From assembly GCA_030141605.1 (NCBI GenBank), contig JAQGDQ010002532.1, positions 1 to 6,252 of the forward strand: a stretch of 6,252 nt of DNA, given 5' to 3'. Made by a program: the position numbers and the translations under genes. The DNA is from Tubiluchus corallicola. Lineage: Eukaryota > Animalia > Priapulida. The stretch's first letter is position 1. Each line of letters begins with the position of its first letter. Of the stretch, positions 1 through 6,252 are shown one piece after another. The notes beneath the pieces are model-generated. The model saw only the letters and a program-made list of their open reading frames with translations, made no database searches and had not been told where the DNA came from.

Positions 1-29
1 TAGCTCACCGTAATCCCTCAATCCAATTT

Positions 30-63
30 CAAAAAAATCAATACCACAAAAAAATCAATACCA
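30..63. repeat. Perfect 17-bp tandem duplication (CAAAAAAATCAATACCA x2) overlapping the transposase stop codon
   Basis: Read directly: 30-46 and 47-63 are identical. On the minus strand each unit is TGG TAT TGA TTTTTTTG. Confidence 0.95.
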
Positions 64-1392
64 GTGCTCTAATTCCGGAATCCGGGAGTCTGCCTCATCA
101 CAGACCAATTCAAGAATGTAATCGGAAACCTTTTGCGGCGGGTCATGATTGCGGACATCCCAGAAATCAAGGTGGCGCAATATCTTTTCAATGACATCAA
201 GTTCTTCGATAAAGCTGATGATTTTCATTTCACCCTGGCATTTGGGGCACACAAGTGGATCGACTTCATAAATTTTCTGGATCAGGCGTGCCCAGTTCTG
301 CCGGGATTCCTTGGAAGATAAATCATTTGGCATAACAGCAGGAATGGTATCATCCAAACCGGCCTTTCTCCTCATCCCCCGAGATTTGTTGGAATACCAG
401 CCATAGTACCTGACCGTCTGCTCATATCTGCCGGGGATATGAGTTGTAAGCCTGGCCAACCAGTCCAAAGCTGTGAACACTTTCCGGGACTTTTGGTCTT
501 TGGATGTATAAACGACCTTGGCAATACCATCTGTTGATTGTTCTGCCGGAACATAGACCATTCTCTCCTGGGAAAAGCAGGCCCGGATAATGTAACGGGC
601 CAGGTTGCCAAGGCCAGTCTTGTCGGAAGGATAAATCCTGTCACCGATGTATACATTAAAACCACTATGGCGCCATGAAAGCATATTCTCAATGACAGCA
701 TCATTAATCTTTCCCTCTTTCTTGAGCATTTTCAAAACTTCATACTGAAAAATCTCTTCCAGATCTTCCAAGATAAAACCGGGAGCAACTTTAAAACTGC
801 CGTCATCAAGAAAACAGCCGTCAGTAGTGATGGCATGCAGATGTGGATTGAAATTTAAAAAATCCCCGTAAGTCTGTACAGCGATACTGGCACCAGGAAC
901 GGCAGCTTCATCGGAAACAACGGATTTCAAATATGTATTCATCACTTTCCAGGCACAGATCGACAGTTTTGCCAGCAATTTTCGGTCATACAGAAAATAG
1001 ATCCGTAGCCGTTTGGGAATGCTGAATACCCACTGCCGATGAGGGACATCCTTCAACACTTCAGTCAGCAGCCATTCTCCATATTCAATAACCCGTTTCT
1101 GATGGCAAGATGGACAGAACTGCCGACGTTTGCAAGAAAATGCCAACAAATACTCGTGACCGCATTCTTCACAACGGACTCTGGCAAATCCCATATGGAG
1201 ATCTCCACAGTCGAGATATTTGTAAATTACCGTCATGACGTATGTCCGCCAGAATCCATACCGGGACTTATACATATCATCCCAGGCACGTTCCAACTCT
1301 TCAAAATGATTTTCAACGCACTTGTAATATGCGCTTGCCTTAGGATTGCGCGGCTGATAAACATCATAGTTGTACGTTGTCGACTGTGCCAT
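55..1392 (-). CDS. IS91-family (ISCR-like) rolling-circle HUH transposase, ~445 aa
   Basis: The ORF has an N-terminal Zn-binding region (C-G...CEECG...SCKRRQFCPSC), HRQWVFSIPKRLR, the HUH motif QTYG...FNPHLHA (HLH at 835-843), catalytic-Tyr segment LARYIIR (Tyr codon 592-594), VRYYGWYS and C-terminal WARLIQKIYEVDPLVCPKCQGEM. ATG at 1392 (MAQSTT...) is preferred as start. The ORF extends to another ATG at 1467, so the start is uncertain. Confidence 0.93.
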   Translation of the reverse strand: MAQSTTYNYDVYQPRNPKASAYYKCVENHFEELERAWDDMYKSRYGFWRTYVMTVIYKYLDCGDLHMGFARVRCEECGHEYLLAFSCKRRQFCPSCHQKRVIEYGEWLLTEVLKDVPHRQWVFSIPKRLRIYFLYDRKLLAKLSICAWKVMNTYLKSVVSDEAAVPGASIAVQTYGDFLNFNPHLHAITTDGCFLDDGSFKVAPGFILEDLEEIFQYEVLKMLKKEGKINDAVIENMLSWRHSGFNVYIGDRIYPSDKTGLGNLARYIIRACFSQERMVYVPAEQSTDGIAKVVYTSKDQKSRKVFTALDWLARLTTHIPGRYEQTVRYYGWYSNKSRGMRRKAGLDDTIPAVMPNDLSSKESRQNWARLIQKIYEVDPLVCPKCQGEMKIISFIEELDVIEKILRHLDFWDVRNHDPPQKVSDYILELVCDEADSRIPELEHWY

Positions 1393-1562
1393 GGCGAAAC
1401 CAAAAATGATAAATGATTCGTGGGCATCCGAAACGAAATCAAGATCTGGGAGTAAATGATATGGCATTTGTTGAATTTATGCAACAATATGGTGAAAAAA
1501 TTAAACAAAAAAAACATGCTGACGGACAAGCCGCAGATGTTTGCGTTCACTTGGACACACAG

Positions 1563-1586
1563 CAGGGTAAACGCATGTAAATTTTG
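1563..1586 (+). repeat. ISAs1 left terminal inverted repeat
   Basis: CAGGGTAAACGCATGTAAATTTTG. Confidence 0.92.
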
Positions 1587-1714
1587 AAAAGCAGCGGTTC
1601 AAATTTTTAGAAAATGAGATGCGCTCAAAGCTATTTTATAAGTAGCTGATATTATTGAATAAAATTGCCACTAGATTTTTCATTAATTTTAGTGTAAGTA
1701 TTGGTAACAAATAC

Positions 1715-1720
1715 AAGGAG
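1715..1720 (+). promoter_or_regulatory. Shine-Dalgarno site of the ISAs1 transposase
   Basis: AAGGAG lies 6 nt upstream of ATG 1727. Confidence 0.75.
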
Positions 1721-1726
1721 TTGCCA

Positions 1727-2842
1727 ATGTAAAAAAAATCGATAACATCGTTTTTTGAAAACATAGAAGATCATCGTCGCCACAATAAGCTGCATAAGCT
1801 GATAGATGTCATCGTTATTGCAATCTGTGGAGTGGTTGCAGGGGCCGACACCTATGAGCAAATAGAAAATTTTGGTAAAAAGCGTAAGAACTGGCTTTTA
1901 AAATTTTTGGAATTACCCCATGGGATACCGTCCCATGACACTTTCGGCCGAATTTTTGAAAGGATGAATCCCAAAGAATTTCAAAACAGTTTCAAATGCT
2001 GGATTGAATCCATTACGGAATTTACAAAAGGCCAGGTGATCGCCATAGATGGAAAAACATTGAGACGTTCTCATGACCGGTCAAAGGACAAAAAAGCCAT
2101 TCACATGATCAGTGCATGGGCTTCATCCAATCAGGTGGTTCTGGGGCAATTAAAGACCGAAGAAAAGTCTAATGAAATCACAGCAATTCCCCATCTTTTA
2201 AAGCTTCTTGATATCTCCGGCTGCATCATAACAATAGACGCCATGGGCACACAAAAGAAGATTGCCAAAACCATAATTGACAAAGATGGAGACTATGTTC
2301 TGGCCTTGAAAGAAAATCACAAGACGCTTTACGAAGAGACAGAACGACTTTTCAGGGAAACGCAGAATATGAAATTCGAAGGGTTCCAGTTCGATGAGTA
2401 TGAAACCGTAGATGGAGACCACGGTCGAGTCGAAACTCGCAAATATACTACGACTTCAGATATTGACTGGCTGCACGATAAAGGCAATTGGGCAGGTTTA
2501 AAGAGCCTTGGCATGGTAGAAAGTTCCCGTGATGTCAATGGTGAATGCAGTTATGAAAAGCGATACTATATATCCAGTCTTAAGTGTGATGCTAAAAAAT
2601 TTGGGGATGCCGTCAGAAGTCATTGGGGGATTGAGAATTCAGTGCATTGGGTATTAGATATAGCCTTTCGTGAAGATGAAAGCAGGATAAGAAACGGCGC
2701 AGCACCTGAGAATATTGCGGCTATCCGTCATATTGCGTTGAATTTATTGAAAAACAATAAAACCTTCAAAGGGAGCATAAAAACAAAGAGGCTGAATGCT
2801 GCTATGGACACAGGCTATTTGGAGGATGTAGTGTTCCGCTGA
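1727..2842 (+). pseudogene. ISAs1-family DDE transposase with nonsense codon at position 2 (residual ORF 1832-2842)
   Basis: Family motifs are GIPSHDTFGRIF, IAIDGKTLRRS, EEKSNEITAIP, ITIDAMGTQK, DYVLALKEN, HGRVETR and RSHWGIENSVHWVLDIAFREDESRIR. RBS AAGGAG (1715-1720) and ATG (1727) are in frame with the ORF and read M*KKSITSFFENIEDHRRHNKLHKLIDVIVIAICGVVAGAD, a typical ISAs1 N-terminus, but codon 2 is TAA (1730-1732). Confidence 0.85.
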
Positions 2843-2875
2843 GCAATTTTATATCTGGAATAGATAGGGACTATA

Positions 2876-2899
2876 CAAAATTTACATGCGTTGGCCCTG
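2876..2899 (-). repeat. ISAs1 right terminal inverted repeat
   Basis: The reverse complement is CAGGGCCAACGCATGTAAATTTTG, with 2 mismatches to the left repeat (positions 6-7). Confidence 0.92.
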
Positions 2900-2988
2900 C
2901 TGTCGCCAACATATGATCTTGCTTAAGAAAGGCCAGGCTGATAGGCTGGAGAATTCAAACAGCAATTAAAATTAAGTGAATAGAAAAT

Positions 2989-3786
2989 ATGGCAAATCCC
3001 AGAGAATGGACAAAATCAAGCTGGAAAAATTATCCTGCACGTCAACAACCCGACTGGCCGGACCAGAAAAAAAAAGATAAAGTCATCAACAATCTGGCTC
3101 TGCTGCCACCACTGGTTTTTGCCGGAGAGATAAGAGCATTAAAGAACATGCTGGCTGAAGCATCAAAAGGAAAGGCGTTTCTGCTCCAGGGAGGTGATTG
3201 CTCAGAGGAGTTTTCTCAGGTCACTGCACCCAATATCAGAGAAACCTTAAAAGTGTTGCTGCAGATGGCTGTGGTAATGACCTATGCTGGTGGGAAACCA
3301 ATCATCAAGGTCGGCAGGATTGCCGGTCAGTTTGCCAAGCCACGCTCATCAGACACGGAAATGGTAGATGGCACTGAGCTGCCGACCTATCGCGGAGACA
3401 TGATCAACAGGATCCAACCCACCATGGAAGACCGTACCCCAAACCCAAAGTATATGCTTGAAGGCTATTATATGGCCGCTTCCACATTGAATCTGCTCCG
3501 GGCATTTACCCGGGGCGGGTATGCAGCCCTGGACAGGGTTCAAGCCTGGACACAGGAGTTTGTGGTCCAATCTCCAATGGGCAGGTCCTATGACCGCCTT
3601 GCCAGACAGATTGACCAGGCCATCAAGTTTATGAACACCATCGGTATTTCAGAAAAGAAATCTTATCCCGGAAGACCGGAAAAAGATATAAAAATGGAAT
3701 CGATACAGAATGACGATGATAGAGTCGGGCAGTATTCTGACAGGGCCCTGCGCCGAGTTTTTTCGGGATTGACCCGAAATCCCTGA
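2989..3786 (+). pseudogene. 3'-truncated class II 3-deoxy-7-phosphoheptulonate (DAHP) synthase; homology ends at ~3648, followed by an unrelated ~45-aa tail
   Basis: Class II motifs present are SW...PARQQPDWPD, LPPLVFAGE, AFLLQGGDCSE, KVGRIAGQFAKPRS, LPTYRGDMIN and TLNLLRAFTRGGYA. Family members are about 450 aa or more. The expected later motifs (TSHEALLL, WIGERTR, DPMHGN, CDPRLN) were not found in any downstream frame. Confidence 0.9.
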
Positions 3787-4004
3787 ATCGGACGGACTAT
3801 AAGATCAATGCAAGGCGTTTCAATGCATATGCCCTATCCGGCTTATAGCGATTTTCATATTAACTTTCCGAACCTGACAGCATATATACCGGCTGCGGGC
3901 ACTTAAACAAATAAATCCGGAACATATTTTTAAAATACTATAGTTTTCAATCGGAAAATTAATCTGGCAACCCATGCAAAAAAGAGGTCAGGATAGGATT
4001 GCAG

Positions 4005-4774
4005 TCAGAGAATAAGGCGCTGGGGATCACATTTTTCCCTTAGTATTTCAAGCTCTTCAACTCCGGGCGGATCTGCTTCACAGCCCTGGAGGTATCTATG
4101 GAAAACTGCATGTTGTCCTGGATCTCCTTAATTGAAACGCCGGGATAAAATGCATCCAGATACATGATGCCGTTTTTTTCATCAAAACGCATGACAGCCT
4201 TGTTGGTGATGACAACGCTGACGCCGCCAGGCCTCAACCCGGCTTCTTGTCTGGACCCCCTGCCGGTAAGCTGACCCGGGCTTGTGAGGTAGTCCAGTTT
4301 TTTTACAAATTTTCGTTTTTCATGCTGCATAAACGCTATGCAGCGGGGCACAAAAGAGGCCACGTCACATCCTCCGCCGGATCCTGAAAACCGTATGGCA
4401 GGCTGATGGTAATCCCCGATGGAGGTTGTGTTGAGGTTACCGTATTTATCAATCTGAGCCGCCCCTAAAATGGCGATGACCTTATTGCCCGTGATGGGAT
4501 TCTGCATTGTGGCAAAGGCTTCAAGCAGGCCGGCGTTGGAGGCTGAATGATACATGATCCTGGGATCTGCAACTGCCAGGGGCAATTCTGCAAGAAGGGA
4601 ATCAACTGCGCCGGTTTCAAAAAAAATCACGCTGTTGGGGGCGTTTATGTTTTTGGCGGCCATGGCAGCCAGCATGGATATTCCCGTGCCGGCAAATACG
4701 ATATCCTTATCCCTGATTTCCCTGGCAGCCATTATGGTCATGATTTCCCTGGGAGTATATTGAAAAGATTCCAT
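4005..4774 (-). CDS. Family I CoA-transferase beta subunit (glutaconate CoA-transferase GctB / 3-oxoadipate CoA-transferase CatJ-like), frameshifted near the 3' end
   Basis: Starts MESFQYTPREIMTIMAAREI at ATG 4774, 4 nt after the alpha-subunit stop and with a GGGGA RBS. Motifs are VFAGTG, IFFETG (putative catalytic Glu), LGAAQIDKYGNLNTT, RFSGSGGGCD, HEKRKFVKKLDYLTSPG and VITNKAVMRFD. The frame as given stops at 4040. Restoring one base near 4080 gives the family-like end AVEADPPGVEELEILREKCDPQRLIL* with stop at 4005-4007. Confidence 0.88.
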
Positions 4775-4778
4775 ATGT

Positions 4779-5745
4779 CTATCCCCTGTCCATGTCGACT
4801 GCATATCCTGTTTTTTCATCTGCTTTGATGGTGTTGAGACGGTCCCTGCCCATGAGATCCAGAAATTGCCTGTGGCTTCCGACACCGTATACATGCCTGC
4901 CCTGGAATTCAGTGAACCTTTTATCATCTTTTGCAGCATCAGCATAGGCTCGAAGGTATTTTGCATCATAGTCGTAACGACGGTACACTGCCGTGGGATA
5001 ACCCCCGAAAGGGACATGGCATACCGCTGACACATGGAGAAAGGGAATCTGGTTCCTGTCGGGATGGTCCCTTAGTTCACCGGGCTCAACAAGGTCTTCA
5101 CAGGTGACTACAACATTTTTTGATGCTTTGACCTGCTCAACATCTGCAAAAGTAAGCCCTTCTATCCTGCAGGTGCCCATGGTATCGGCCTTCTGCACAT
5201 GGATAAAGGTCACGTCCGGGATTATTGCCGGAAGGAGAGAACTCGGCATTGCCCCAGGTTCCAAGGGTTGTCCATCACTGTAAGTTTTTCATCTGCTATC
5301 TTTGGGTTTTTTCTGCGCATTTCGGGAAAATCCCCATGTGGTGAATATCAGATCCAAATCCCGATAATGCCGGCATGAAAGGCACTCCCATGGCCCCGGC
5401 CATAAAACGCAGGCTCATCATGAAATTGGAATAATCCTCCACATTTATTTCCCCGTTCTGCACAGCCTGCCTGAACCGGATACAGGTGGCGGCCGTTTTA
5501 CCGTTCCCTGCATAGGCTATTTCAAGATTTTTCACACACCCCGCCCCGATAAGTTCATCCACACCTGTTCCGTTGGAATGGGCATATAGGTGGAGATCCC
5601 TTAAACCCTGGCGTATGATCTCATGGACTGCTGCCATGGGATTCCTGTTAAGGGTGAATCCACCTATGGAGATGTGGGCCCCGTCCGTCATGAATCTTTT
5701 GACCGCCTCCTTGATTGACATGACTTTGTCTGTTGTATTATTCAT
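4779..5745 (-). pseudogene. Family I CoA-transferase alpha subunit (GctA/CatI-like), split by clustered frameshifts at ~5235-5345
   Basis: N-part (ATG 5745, AGGA RBS): KVMSIKEAV, ISIGGFTLNRNPMAAVHEIIRQG, DELIGAGCV, EDYSNFMMSLRFMAGAMGVPFMP, GSDI. C-part (4779-~5235): LPAIIPDVTFIHVQKADTMG, VVVTCEDLV, IPFLHVSAVCHVPFGGYPT, YDYD. The linker reads sensibly only across several frames. It could be an intact gene with sequencing errors. Confidence 0.85.
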
Positions 5746-5959
5746 AAGTATTCCTGGCACCGGTTTAAAAAAAAGCCATGCGCGGGTATGTTAAGCATTC
5801 GGGAATGCGGTGTTTTTAGAATGTGGAATGCGTTTATTGGTGGGGTTTTGGGGCATTTGGAAATGTTTAGTTTTCAGAAAAGTGGCTTTGGGTATGTTTG
5901 GTAGAAAAAACGAATGATATGAGGAAGTGACATCACGGATTTACACTCAGCATGCATAG

Positions 5960-5975
5960 TGCAACTATTCAACCA
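5960..5975 (-). promoter_or_regulatory. Candidate sigma54 (-24/-12) promoter for the CoA-transferase operon
   Basis: The minus strand reads TGGTTGAATAGTTGCA: GG-N10-GC spacing with TGG and TTGCA conserved, but it lacks the CAC of the consensus. It points toward the alpha-subunit gene, ~215 nt upstream of the ATG. Confidence 0.4.
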
Positions 5976-6019
5976 TTGCAGTAGCCATTTACGTTGTCTT
6001 ACTCAAGGAATGTGAAATT

Positions 6020-6034
6020 TATTGATTATCAATA
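6020..6034. promoter_or_regulatory. Perfect 7-1-7 palindrome, candidate transcription-factor site
   Basis: TATTGAT-T-ATCAATA in the non-coding region upstream of the operon. Confidence 0.4.
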
Positions 6035-6252
6035 GCCTTTCCGTTATTTTTATTTTAAGCACATGTTACAAAACGAATGATGATTATGATTTAAACAAAA
6101 TAGGAAGTCATCGAATGGGTTAGAGTAAAACATACAAAGGATTTATTAAAAGCAGTTATCAAATCGGAAATACCCGATGAGTTTTATAAGGATTTTGGAA
6201 GAACAGAAGATAGCTAATTAGTTTCTGGTATGGTGAACTATGAGCAATGTGA

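Larger units (their letters stand above)
1563..2899 (+). mobile_element. ISAs1-family (H-repeat) insertion sequence, 1337 bp
   Basis: Terminal inverted repeats begin with CAGGG (22/24 match) and enclose one ISAs1-type DDE transposase. The size is typical of the family. Confidence 0.92.

Noticed and set aside
133-1550. Small ORFs 133-321(+), 372-704(-), 1039-1416(+) and 1233-1550(-)
   Set aside because: Antisense or alternate-frame shadows of the transposase with no recognisable motifs. An accessory upstream ORF like IS91 orf121 cannot be supported.
1629-1647. Dyad AGCTATTT-TAT-AAGTAGCT inside the ISAs1 left end
   Set aside because: Weak AT-rich stem with no U-tract. No function can be assigned.
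1652-2538. Minus-strand ORFs 1652-1861, 2198-2422 and 2329-2538
   Set aside because: Antisense to the ISAs1 transposase, short, and without motifs.
3741-3750. Palindrome CAGGGCCCTG, equal to the two ISAs1 terminal pentamers joined
   Set aside because: Only 10 bp, no further match to the terminal repeats, and the wrong order for an IS circle junction. Likely chance.
4775-5035. 87-aa N-terminal extension of the beta-subunit ORF
   Set aside because: It overlaps the alpha-subunit C-terminus in another frame. ATG 4774 has an RBS and matches the family start.
3349-5794. ORFs 3349-3570(-), 4547-4828(+), 4554-4763(+) and 5573-5794(+)
   Set aside because: Antisense shadows of well-supported genes.
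6022-6032. FNR-like TTGAT...ATCAA box
   Set aside because: The spacer is 1 nt rather than the 4 nt needed for FNR/CRP-family sites. Kept only as an unassigned palindrome.
1-6252. CRISPR array, tRNA/rRNA, integron attC cassettes, rho-independent terminators
   Set aside because: No regularly spaced repeats, cloverleaf or rRNA-like sequence, convincing attC structure, or GC hairpin plus U-tract was seen.

Overview
Rearranged, partly decayed bacterial accessory region. From left to right it holds: (1) a minus-strand IS91-family rolling-circle (HUH) transposase with ISCR-like single-Tyr features; (2) a divergent, fully bounded ISAs1-family insertion sequence (1563-2899, 24-bp terminal inverted repeats, no target duplication) whose transposase has an in-frame TAA at codon 2; (3) a class II DAHP synthase gene cut at about codon 220 and fused to unrelated DNA; (4) a minus-strand two-gene family I CoA-transferase operon (GctA/GctB- or CatI/CatJ-like) with several frameshifts, which may be pseudogenisation or sequencing indels; (5) an AT-rich upstream region with a candidate sigma54 promoter and palindromic operators. 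I see no clearly new biological system. The most interesting hypothesis is ISCR-style one-ended capture of the ISAs1 plus the DAHP synthase fragment. All family assignments come from recognised motifs, not database searches.
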